Below the pieces are notes generated by a model. It worked only from the letters and a program-made list of their open reading frames with translations, was not told where the DNA came from and did no database searches. The translations under genes and the position numbers were made by a program. DNA of 64,000 nucleotides from Spirochaetota bacterium (GTDB lineage Bacteria > Spirochaetota > UBA4802 > JAGODF01): assembly GCA_035380905.1 (NCBI GenBank), contig DAOSYC010000001.1:30207-94206 (forward strand), given 5' to 3'. How positions within the stretch are numbered: the first letter of the stretch is position 1; every line of letters begins with the position of its first letter. Positions 28,357 to 37,235 of the stretch are shown in pieces.

Positions 28357-30549
28357 ATGATTGTAAAATGTACTGAATGTAACGCATCATATTCGGTTGA
28401 TGACGAAAAGGTCGAGAATAAAAAGTTCGGTTTTTCCTGCCCGAAATGCGGCACAAATGTTATTATTGATAACAGAATCAAGGAGTCCGTAGATTTCTCA
28501 GATCATGAAATTGCCGAGCCGTCTTTCGAATCCCCCGAAGAACAGTTACCGCATGATGATTTCAGTGATACCCCGATTACTTCAGAATCAGAACCAACTG
28601 TATCTGATGATATGGGAGACCTCATCGTTGACGGCACTGAATTCGATATGGATTCTGCAGCAGAACAACCTGCAGAAGACGTATCTGTCCCGGATACTGC
28701 TTCAGATCTTGATGATTTTGATTTAGATGGAATTGAAGATATCAGCAACACCGGTATTGAAGAACCCGTCCAGCCTGCAACATCTGATGGGGCCCCACTT
28801 GATGTTTCAGGAGATGATGAATCCATTACAATTGATGATTTTGATTCAGCCGAAGACCTCAGTATAGAGGTCCCCGAAGAAGCAGCGGGGTCTGAATATG
28901 ATTTTGCCGATGATGAATTGCCTCCGAAAGAAGAGGGGGTCCGTATTGATTTTTCTGATGAGGATCTCCTTGACGACAAGGAAATTGATGACCTTAATAA
29001 CCTCGATATAACCGATGATGATTTCAAGCCCCTGGAAGAAGATATAACACAGAAGTCTCGCGCCGGGAGTTCAATTTCCGATGAACCTTCCTTTGATGAC
29101 GCCTTACTCGAAACCGGTGACGCCGACATAACTGAACTTGATCTTGATCTTGATGCAGGCGCCACACCCTCTGAAAGCGCATCAGCTGACGGGGACGCGG
29201 AAATTGACGTTGACGAAAGTATTACAATTGATCTCGATACCCTTGATATTCAACTCGAGGAAGCGCCTCCCGCAGAGGAAGCTGATGCTTCCATTGGCAG
29301 AGATTTCGATTTTGACGCAGAAATGCCACCGGTCGAAGTTGAGAATGAATTACCTGCGGAAACAGAATTCAGTGACATCGATTTTGAAACAGGCGCTGAA
29401 CCCTCTGAAGACCTTGCAGCGGAAGCTGATGATGACCTTACCCTCGACCTGGATTCACTGGATATCACTCTCGATGAAATAGAAGAATTCAAAGAGGGTG
29501 TTCAGGTTGATGAAGATGAACGGCTCACGATAGAAGATGCCGGGCTCACCATTGATGAACTTGAATCAGTAAAAAACGAAATGCCGGATGAGATTATAGA
29601 TTCCTCACATGCGTTTGAAGAGGAAGAGGACCTTAAACTCAGCATTGATGAAATTGATCCGGACCTGCGTGTAGAAGATCTTGCACCGGAAATGAGTGAA
29701 GAGGATCAGCAGCCTATTATTGAAAATATTACAGAAGACCAGCTGCCTGAAATAGACTTTGATAAGCTGCATGATGAAGATTCTATATCAGAACATGATG
29801 ACATTATACCTGCTTATTCCGGTTCTGCGACCACCGGAAGGGCATTACCCTCTGCAGAAATATCTGCTGAAGAAGACTATCTTGATATTGAGACAAGGGA
29901 ACAATACGGCTCTTTTTCTGGATCGGATGAAATCCAGGGTGATACAGTTCCCAAGGGTACGGTGAATTTTTCAATAGATTATTCTCTGAGATATTCAAGA
30001 ATTGGTGCGTTATTGAGGCTTCTTGGTATATACCAGATTGCACTTATTCCGCATTTTCTAATTCTGCTAATTTATTCTGTTCTTTCAAATATTGTCGGTG
30101 TTTTTAACTGGCTTATTGTATTGTTCACCGGTCAGCAGGTTGAAGACTTTTCAGGCATCCAGGAAAAAACACTGCGGTATATGCTAGCCACTCACGCATG
30201 CATGACAAATACCGTAGAAGAACCACCGCAATTTACAGGCCAAAAAGATATTGACCACTCACTTCAGCTGAATGTCATTTATCCGGCAAAACCGTCGAAA
30301 ACAATGTCTTTTCTCAGGCTTACGGGTATAGGAATTATTATCGTCGCCCTGCCCCACCTTGTATTGTTCATGCTCCTGACACTGGGGAGTACAATCATCA
30401 CCCTCGGCGGTATCATATCCGTTCTCGCCACAGGGAGCTGGCCGAATATTCTCTTTGATTTTATGGTACGGTACTACCGGTATGCAGCAAATGTTCTGGC
30501 CTTTATGATTGGTCTTGTGGAAAAGTATCCGTCTTTCAGATTTGAATAA
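28357..30549 (+). CDS. Zinc-ribbon (MJ0042-type) / hyper-acidic disordered linker / DUF4389-like membrane domain protein
   Basis: N-terminus IVKCTECNASYSVDDEKV...FSCPKCGTNVIID is a CxxC...CxxC ribbon. Residues about 40-520 are about 35% Asp/Glu with reiterated [ST]IT[IL]D[DL]D..LDI.L[DE]E motifs. The C-terminal 180 aa contain two hydrophobic helices and RY-rich segments (RYSRIGALLRLLGIYQIALIPHF..., MVRYYRYAANVLAFMIGL) typical of DUF4389. Confidence 0.7.
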   Translation: MIVKCTECNASYSVDDEKVENKKFGFSCPKCGTNVIIDNRIKESVDFSDHEIAEPSFESPEEQLPHDDFSDTPITSESEPTVSDDMGDLIVDGTEFDMDSAAEQPAEDVSVPDTASDLDDFDLDGIEDISNTGIEEPVQPATSDGAPLDVSGDDESITIDDFDSAEDLSIEVPEEAAGSEYDFADDELPPKEEGVRIDFSDEDLLDDKEIDDLNNLDITDDDFKPLEEDITQKSRAGSSISDEPSFDDALLETGDADITELDLDLDAGATPSESASADGDAEIDVDESITIDLDTLDIQLEEAPPAEEADASIGRDFDFDAEMPPVEVENELPAETEFSDIDFETGAEPSEDLAAEADDDLTLDLDSLDITLDEIEEFKEGVQVDEDERLTIEDAGLTIDELESVKNEMPDEIIDSSHAFEEEEDLKLSIDEIDPDLRVEDLAPEMSEEDQQPIIENITEDQLPEIDFDKLHDEDSISEHDDIIPAYSGSATTGRALPSAEISAEEDYLDIETREQYGSFSGSDEIQGDTVPKGTVNFSIDYSLRYSRIGALLRLLGIYQIALIPHFLILLIYSVLSNIVGVFNWLIVLFTGQQVEDFSGIQEKTLRYMLATHACMTNTVEEPPQFTGQKDIDHSLQLNVIYPAKPSKTMSFLRLTGIGIIIVALPHLVLFMLLTLGSTIITLGGIISVLATGSWPNILFDFMVRYYRYAANVLAFMIGLVEKYPSFRFE

Positions 30550-30564
30550 ATCATTATCCCCCAT

Positions 30565-30608
30565 ATAAAAAAACGGCTGCCTTTAAAGACAGCCGTTTTT
30601 TTTATTGC
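30565..30608. terminator. Bidirectional rho-independent terminator between convergent genes
   Basis: ataaaaaaacggctg-cctttaaaga-cagccgtttttttttatt has an A-run, a 9-bp stem and a T-run, so it serves both strands. Confidence 0.8.
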
Positions 30609-30622
30609 AGTTTTTTTCTCTT

Positions 30623-31816
30623 CTAATTCATTTTTATTATAATTTCAACACGTCTGTTTTTCTGTCTCCCCTCAGGTGTACTGTTATTATCAATGGGCCT
30701 TTCCTCTCCCAGGCCCCGGTATGATATTTTATCATGATCTGCTTTTGATTTAAGATACTGCGCCACAGAATGTGCCCTGTTTTCTGAAAGCTTTTTGTTG
30801 TATATCCTGTCTCCGATAGTGTCTGTATGACCTTCTATTATAAGTTCCCTGTCCGGATATTTTTTCTTCAGTATTGAAGACACTTTATTCAGTGTATCAA
30901 TTGTGGTATCTTTTAGCCTGAAAGAATCAAAATCAAAAAATACTTCACCCAGCCTCAGCACAATCCCCCTTTTATCTGTTTCAACAGTAACGTCACCGGG
31001 CAATTCTTTTCTCAGCTCATCCCTATGCTTATCCCTTTCCTTTTTTGAAATTTTTAGAAACATTTTATTTTTTGTCGTAATACGCATGCGGAATTCATGT
31101 GTCATAACCCCGGAAGTACTATTGTTAAAGAGGAATATTATTCTATACCGGTCAACACTGTCCAGGGGTTTCCTGTCGGTAACATTCCATGTAATTTCAC
31201 CAATATTCTGTCCAACAATTCTTAAAGGAAAATCCTCAGGATATGGCCTTTCTATTAGTTTTTTATCTATGACATATGAATAATTGATAGTTGCAATATC
31301 CTTACCCTCCTTTTTCTCCATTTTACGCAACGTGTATTTTGCAACAAATGATAGTTTCAGCGGTCTGGAAAATGTGTTAAGTATCATTTCAGCAGGAGAT
31401 TCCCATGTTTCATCAACAGCGACCTCCTTTACCGGAAATGTGGGAACATGCCTGAAATTAGGCATGTACATTGTATCGGGAACAATATATTGTCCGTTTT
31501 CTTTGATAGCAAATTCTGATGTGTACTGTTCCCGAAGCGCATATACATCTTTTTCGCGTTCCTTCTGGTAGACAGAAAAAAGTCCCTTAACCATACTGGT
31601 ATTGACTTTTTTTTGGAAGCATGAAAGATTTATAATATTCCGTTCATCATACACTTTCATTGTCGTGCTGTTAATAAGATATTCAATCCTGGCATTTCTC
31701 ATTATTTCCAGCCGTTCATCTTTCGGTATGTCCCATTTCATTGTTACTGCATATAATGTCGTAACTGCGGCAAAACTGCTGATAACGGCACATAGTATTA
31801 CTGCCAATTTTTTCAT
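30623..31816 (-). CDS. OmpA-family peptidoglycan-associated protein with an uncharacterised N-terminal domain
   Basis: Signal peptide MKKLAVILCAVISSFAAVTTLYA. The C-terminus LIIEGHTDTIGDRIYNKKLSENRAHSVAQYL...GLGEERPIDNNSTPEGRQKNRRVEIII is the OmpA/MotB signature. I chose the ATG at 31816 over the ORF-track start at 31861. Confidence 0.8.
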   Translation of the reverse strand: MKKLAVILCAVISSFAAVTTLYAVTMKWDIPKDERLEIMRNARIEYLINSTTMKVYDERNIINLSCFQKKVNTSMVKGLFSVYQKEREKDVYALREQYTSEFAIKENGQYIVPDTMYMPNFRHVPTFPVKEVAVDETWESPAEMILNTFSRPLKLSFVAKYTLRKMEKKEGKDIATINYSYVIDKKLIERPYPEDFPLRIVGQNIGEITWNVTDRKPLDSVDRYRIIFLFNNSTSGVMTHEFRMRITTKNKMFLKISKKERDKHRDELRKELPGDVTVETDKRGIVLRLGEVFFDFDSFRLKDTTIDTLNKVSSILKKKYPDRELIIEGHTDTIGDRIYNKKLSENRAHSVAQYLKSKADHDKISYRGLGEERPIDNNSTPEGRQKNRRVEIIIKMN

Positions 31817-32055
31817 GACATCCTCACGGGCATAATATCCCTGCTCTAACAGTATCGTCATATATCATTGGATTTTAAAGTAATAAAATTTTACGTATAT
31901 GTCACAAGGTTTTACACAGTATACAGAAAGCAGTATCAGAACAGCCGTACATGACATTCTTAATACAATCATTCAAACATAAAAATGAGTTGCTTAAAAC
32001 AGGTAACTGCACAAGTGGTATGGATTGAAACCTGTATTGCAGGAACAGCTATATA

Positions 32056-33978
32056 ATGAAAAAAATATTTGACACAGAGGGGCTCCTGAAAGACGCTATT
32101 TCCTCCTATGAATTCAGGGAGGAGCAGTTAATTATGGCTGAATTCATTGCCAGCCGTCTTATTGAAACAGGAAACGCTATTATTGAGGCCGGTACAGGAA
32201 TCGGTAAAACAATGGCATACCTTATTCCTGTCATACTTCACGCTGTTGAACATAATAAACGAATTGCCATAAGTACAGAAACCAAAGCGCTTCAGAAACA
32301 GCTCATTGACAAGGATATACCGATTGCAAAAAAGGTCCTTAATGACTGCGGTATAGATTTTTCCTTCTCAATCTGTCTCGGCAGCGCAAACTATCCATGC
32401 CGCAGAAGGTTTGAAATCGCCAAGAGCCTTGGTTCATTTAAAAAGAAGGATATTCCTGCAGTAGAAAATTTCCAGGAACGATTCAGGAAGGGAGTACCTT
32501 TTTCAAGATTTGACGTTCGGGTTGATAATACCTTCTGGAACTCAATTTCCCGTGAACCTGATTCCTGCGGGTCGTTCAACTGCCCCTACTTTAACACCTG
32601 CCTTTTCCAGAAAGCAAAACGGGAATGGTCCCAGTCACAGGTACTGGTAATGAATCATTATCTTTTTTTTACCAATATTGCCTCTTCGAAAACATATCTT
32701 CCCCAGTGCGATATTGTAATATTTGACGAAGCCCACTCCCTGGAATCTATCGGATGTGCACAGCTCGGCTTTCGTGAAACGTACAACACGCTCATTGACA
32801 CCATTTCGCGTTTTGGAAGACGATCAAGAAAGAAACACCTTTTATCTGCCATAAAAGATAATACTGTTATGAACCGTGCAGTATCTCTGCTCCGTGACAT
32901 TGAAAGTGAATGCAGCAGATTTTTTGAATCCCTTCGTTCGCTTTGTGCAGGGAAACAGCATTACAGGTATGGTGAAACTCTTGGTATTGGTGAGCGCCTT
33001 GTGCTTCTTTTACGTGATTTTATCACCCCCCTGAACGCTGTAATTGACGACATTGAACACGAATCCGACAGAATTGAATTTGAAATTGCCCTCGGGAAGC
33101 TTTTCACCGCATACAAAAATATTGAAAGCGGAGTGTACCTTCACCGGGAGGAATTTGTGTACTGGATTGAAGGAAGCGGGAAAGATATGTTTGGTGATAT
33201 CGGCCTATACGGAAAACCGGTTGATATTTCTGAAACCATGGAAGCCGAGGTTAATTCTTTTTACGATACTGTTCTGTATATTTCAGCTACACTTTCGATT
33301 AAAGGCAGCTTTGATTATATTATTAAGCAGCTGGGGATACAGAACTTTTCGACACAGCTCCTTAAATCACCTTTTGATTACCGTAACCAGGTAACACTTC
33401 TGCTTGAAAAAGAAAACATTCTTCCTGACAGCAGCGAATATATATCAAGAATCGCCCGGACATCATCGGAAATAATTATACGTATGTCCGGAAACTGCCT
33501 CATTCTTTTTACATCATATGCAATGCTTCAGCGCGTAAAAGAAGAACTTTCTAATCTCATTGAATATCCTATTTTCGCCCAGGGTGACTACAATGCCGCG
33601 GATGTCATTGATAACTATTGCGAGACTGATGGTTCAGTACTCCTTGGAACCCATTCTTTCTGGCAGGGCATTGATCTTCCCGGAGATCTACTGAGGGGGG
33701 TTATTATTACGAGGCTTCCCTTTAGTGTTCCGGACCATCCACATTATCAGGCAAAAGTTGACCGGGAGGTATCCCTTGGTAAAAATCCTTTTTACACCCT
33801 CCAGGTTCCTGAAGCGATCATACGTTTTAAGCAGGGCTTCGGAAGACTAATACGCAGCAGAACCGACTATGGAATTGTGGCTGTTCTTGATCCCCGGATA
33901 ATTAATAAAAATTATGGATCACTTTTTTTACAATCTATACCTGAATGCAAAAAAATATTCAATATTTCCGAATTATGA
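32056..33978 (+). CDS. dinG: DinG/Rad3-family ATP-dependent DNA helicase (Fe-S helicase, DEAD_2)
   Basis: Walker A (IIEAGTGIGKTMAYLIP). A four-Cys Fe-S insertion (ICLGSANYPCRRRF...CGSFNCPYFNTC). A DEAH box (IVIFDEAHSLES). C-terminal helicase motifs V-VI (FTSYAMLQ..., VLLGTHSFWQGIDLPGD..., QGFGRLIRSRTDYG). Confidence 0.85.
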   Translation: MKKIFDTEGLLKDAISSYEFREEQLIMAEFIASRLIETGNAIIEAGTGIGKTMAYLIPVILHAVEHNKRIAISTETKALQKQLIDKDIPIAKKVLNDCGIDFSFSICLGSANYPCRRRFEIAKSLGSFKKKDIPAVENFQERFRKGVPFSRFDVRVDNTFWNSISREPDSCGSFNCPYFNTCLFQKAKREWSQSQVLVMNHYLFFTNIASSKTYLPQCDIVIFDEAHSLESIGCAQLGFRETYNTLIDTISRFGRRSRKKHLLSAIKDNTVMNRAVSLLRDIESECSRFFESLRSLCAGKQHYRYGETLGIGERLVLLLRDFITPLNAVIDDIEHESDRIEFEIALGKLFTAYKNIESGVYLHREEFVYWIEGSGKDMFGDIGLYGKPVDISETMEAEVNSFYDTVLYISATLSIKGSFDYIIKQLGIQNFSTQLLKSPFDYRNQVTLLLEKENILPDSSEYISRIARTSSEIIIRMSGNCLILFTSYAMLQRVKEELSNLIEYPIFAQGDYNAADVIDNYCETDGSVLLGTHSFWQGIDLPGDLLRGVIITRLPFSVPDHPHYQAKVDREVSLGKNPFYTLQVPEAIIRFKQGFGRLIRSRTDYGIVAVLDPRIINKNYGSLFLQSIPECKKIFNISEL

Positions 33979-34459
33979 CCTATTGAATTCCTGAATATTT
34001 AATTATTTTATTTAAAAAATATTTAGCAACATCATACTCCCAGACTATACACAAATTTACAACAATTATCAACAGGCAAACCACCCCTGCTAACAGGTAA
34101 TCCCCAGCCTGCTAACAAATTTAAAAATTTTTTTTATTTCATTTTGCGGTTCAATTAATTTCTTGCAAAAATTCCATGATTTAATCTATGCTATAGGGGA
34201 ATCGGGGAAAGGCCTGACTCCTTCAGGGCCACTTCTTGTGAATATTATCACTTTTTATGTCGTGTAACAGGTCTACTTTTCGTTATCACAAACTTTATTA
34301 AAAAAATTAAGCACAATATTACATTTTCAGCATTGCATTTACTCACTTTTTCTCCACATCCTGAAATAATATATAAACATGGATGAACAAAAAGTGTGTT
34401 TATATGTAGATTTATAAACAAAGATATCAACATTTGTTAATAACTTTCGGGATATACCT
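33979..34459. promoter_or_regulatory. AT-rich dnaA upstream region, part of a putative bipartite oriC with the dnaA promoter
   Basis: Non-coding stretch of 480 bp with DnaA-box-like 9-mers: TTATCAACA at 34066-34074 and TTCTCCACA at 34350-34358 (one mismatch each to TTATCCACA). It also has long A/T tracts at about 34000-34025 and 34110-34150 that could act as the unwinding element. Confidence 0.5.
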
Positions 34460-35821
34460 ATGATTCTTTCTAAACATGAAATATGGGACAAGGCATTATA
34501 TAATATTCAGTCTATTATAAATAAGCAGTCCTTTGATATGTGGCTCAAAGATACTGAGCCAATTTCCTATAATGAAAATAAAATGACTATTCGTGTTGCT
34601 GATGAGGTTGCACAGCGTCATATTTCTGATAACTACTCCAGCACTATTTCGTCAATTGTGAGTGATATCGCACATGCGACTATCATGTGCGAGTTTACTA
34701 CAGATGAAACGAAATCTGATCCTGATAACGATAGTACTACTTCTGATTCTCAGCCGGAGAAGAATATAATGATGTTCAGTAAGGAGCCTGAATCAGGTAA
34801 TCCTATGCTGAAACCTGAATATACCTTTGAGAATTTTGTTGTCGGTCCAAACAATCAGCTTCCCCATGCTGCAGCGGTTTCAGTTTCCAAAGCTCCTGCA
34901 ACACAATATAATCCGCTTTTTATTTACGGTGGTACCGGTCTTGGGAAAACCCATCTGATGCAGGCAATCGGCCACAGCATAATGAAAGAAAAGCCGTATA
35001 TGAAAGTTCTGTATATAACAACGGAACAATTCCTAAATGAATTTATTCACGCTATCAGTACAAATACTCTTCCAAGTTTTAAAATGAAATACCGGGATGT
35101 GGATATCCTGTTGATAGATGACATTCAGTTCATTGAGAAGAAGGAGCAGACGCAGGAGGAATTTTTTCACACTTTTAATACCCTCCATAACAATAAAAAA
35201 CAGATTATTATTTCAAGTGACAGGCCTCCAAAAGATCTTTCAACCCTTGAGGTTCGTCTCAGGACACGTTTTGAATGGGGACTTATTACTGATATTCAGC
35301 CTCCAAATGTTGAAACACGTGAAGCAATTCTCCGTAACAAGGCGGAGCGCCTTAATATTGATATTCCTGATGAAATTCTCAACTTCATCGCCAGGAGAAT
35401 AAAATCAAGTATTCGTGCTCTTGAAGCAGCGCTGATCCGTCTGAATGCTGTTTCATCTTTATCGAGTGAACCAATATCAATTTATCATGCAAAAAACCAT
35501 CTAAAGGATCTTTTTGATGAAGATACCAGTAAGAAAATAACCATTACTGATATAATACAGCGCGTGTCAGAAAAATATAATATTTCCGTTGAAGATCTTA
35601 AATCCAAGAGCAGACACAGCAGAGTGGTACATCCACGGTTTATTGCGATGTATATATCACGTAAACTCACTGATATGACAACGGTTGATATAGGGAGAGA
35701 ATTTGGTGACAGGGATCATTCCACGGTCCTCAATGCAATGAACAATGTTGAAAAAATGATGGCTGACGATGAAGATTTTCAGGAAACTGTAGAGGATCTT
35801 ATATCTGAAATCCGCAGTTAA
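34460..35821 (+). CDS. dnaA: Chromosomal replication initiator protein DnaA
   Basis: AAA+ Walker A (IYGGTGLGKTHLMQAIGH), box VII, and the C-terminal DNA-binding signature (IAMYISRKLTDMTTVDIGREFGDRDHSTV). Confidence 0.95.
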   Translation: MILSKHEIWDKALYNIQSIINKQSFDMWLKDTEPISYNENKMTIRVADEVAQRHISDNYSSTISSIVSDIAHATIMCEFTTDETKSDPDNDSTTSDSQPEKNIMMFSKEPESGNPMLKPEYTFENFVVGPNNQLPHAAAVSVSKAPATQYNPLFIYGGTGLGKTHLMQAIGHSIMKEKPYMKVLYITTEQFLNEFIHAISTNTLPSFKMKYRDVDILLIDDIQFIEKKEQTQEEFFHTFNTLHNNKKQIIISSDRPPKDLSTLEVRLRTRFEWGLITDIQPPNVETREAILRNKAERLNIDIPDEILNFIARRIKSSIRALEAALIRLNAVSSLSSEPISIYHAKNHLKDLFDEDTSKKITITDIIQRVSEKYNISVEDLKSKSRHSRVVHPRFIAMYISRKLTDMTTVDIGREFGDRDHSTVLNAMNNVEKMMADDEDFQETVEDLISEIRS

Positions 35822-36082
35822 TATACTGTTAATGCACTGTGTATTACTGTTGAAGTGTTGTGAATAAAATTCTTGTTCTTTTTGTTTTTTCATCGTATAT
35901 AATACTATAAAGACTTTTTCTAATAAATAACATTATTTAAAATATTTATCAACATGTTGCATTTTTTATAAGTCCTGAAGGGTTCAGTGGTTTTCGTGTT
36001 ATCCACATATTTTTTAACCCTACTATTGCTATTATAAAAACTAAATCTATATGTTAATATTAATTATAGTAAGGGATCAAAT
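35822..36082. promoter_or_regulatory. dnaA-dnaN intergenic DnaA-box cluster, the second part of the putative oriC
   Basis: Perfect TTATCCACA at 35999-36007. One-mismatch boxes TGTGAATAA (reverse complement TTATTCACA) at 35859-35867 and TTATCAACA at 35946-35954. About 75% AT. Confidence 0.6.
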
Positions 36083-37210
36083 ATGAAAATAGAAGTTGAT
36101 AGGGAAATGCTCCTCCGTGGAATTACTATTGCAGATTCCATTATTTCATCAAGGACCATTAGTACTATTTTATCCAACTGTCTTTTAAATATTTCAGAGT
36201 ATGGTATAGAAATAATTTCCACTGATAATGAAATCGGTATAAAAACTCAGGTCCCTGCTAAATCCGATAAATCCGGATCTTTTACGGTAAACGGAAAAAA
36301 ATTCGCCAGTATTCTGAAAGAGATGCCTAAGGGTGATGTTATTCTTGATATTGATGATTCCTTTCTCGTTCATGTCAGAAGTAAAGGAGTAAAAGGAAAT
36401 TATAAATTGTTCGGAACTTCACGTGGTGATTTTCCTGATGTTCCCGGATTTGATGATGACAAGTCCATTGAAGTAGATCAGCAGATGTTTAAGGATGTGA
36501 TACGAAAGGTTATTTACGCCGCGGCAACGGATCTTATAAAACCAGCGTTTAACGGCGTGTATTTCGTTTCAGAGGAACATGGTACGCTCTCAGCTGTTGC
36601 GACAGATTCAAAGCGTCTTGCATTGTACACATTGCCGATTAATCCGGAAGTAAAAATTGAAGAGGGCATCATTATTCCGCTTAAAACAATACATGAAATT
36701 TCACGTCTTTTGACGTCAACGGGCAATTGCAGATTTTACCTGGGACAGACACAATGTTTTTTCAGAATTGGAGATACTATGGTGGTGTCCCGTGTTGTTG
36801 ACGGCCAGTTTCCGAATTATAAACAGGTTATACCCAAAGAACAAAAAATGAATGCACTGGTTGATACCGGGAAGCTTATTGAATCTCTGCGCAGGGTAAT
36901 GATTTTCACTCGTGAGCCTTCGTACAAGGTAATTTTAAAGTTTTCATCAGATAATCTGAAAATTGAAGCACGGACACAGGATATCGGGGAAGCTGAAGAG
37001 GAATTATCAATTGCACTGAACTGTGAAGAAGAAATAACTATAGGTATAAGCGGCCAGTACCTTTTTGACGCGGTAAAGGAAATTGATTCAGATCAGGTTG
37101 TTCTCGGTATTACTTCTCAAATAAGTCCTGTTGTTGTCCGGCCTGAAGGAGAGGAGAAGCATATATCAGTAATTATGCCTATTCAGATCCGTTCTGATTC
37201 CTCTGAGTAA
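36083..37210 (+). CDS. dnaN: DNA polymerase III beta sliding clamp
   Basis: Length 375 aa. MKIEVDREMLLRGITIADSII...LSNCLLNIS with a three-domain clamp pattern and a C-terminal MPIQI. Confidence 0.95.
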   Translation: MKIEVDREMLLRGITIADSIISSRTISTILSNCLLNISEYGIEIISTDNEIGIKTQVPAKSDKSGSFTVNGKKFASILKEMPKGDVILDIDDSFLVHVRSKGVKGNYKLFGTSRGDFPDVPGFDDDKSIEVDQQMFKDVIRKVIYAAATDLIKPAFNGVYFVSEEHGTLSAVATDSKRLALYTLPINPEVKIEEGIIIPLKTIHEISRLLTSTGNCRFYLGQTQCFFRIGDTMVVSRVVDGQFPNYKQVIPKEQKMNALVDTGKLIESLRRVMIFTREPSYKVILKFSSDNLKIEARTQDIGEAEEELSIALNCEEEITIGISGQYLFDAVKEIDSDQVVLGITSQISPVVVRPEGEEKHISVIMPIQIRSDSSE

Positions 37211-37235
37211 TTGTGTGTGCATTGGCTAAACTGAA

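Noticed and set aside
28500-29500. DNA-level short tandem repetitiveness (gat/gaa-rich) that could be mistaken for a VNTR or CRISPR-like array
   Set aside because: It lies entirely within the continuous reading frame of the acidic zinc-ribbon/DUF4389 protein, with no repeat-spacer periodicity. It is coding low complexity.
32031-32048. CTGT-N9-ACAG palindrome (cctgtattgcaggaacag) immediately upstream of dinG, resembling an E. coli-type LexA box
   Set aside because: The spacing is N9 rather than N8. It overlaps the AGGA ribosome-binding site and no similar palindrome occurs upstream of lexA or xseA. The organism's LexA motif is unknown, so this is not called.
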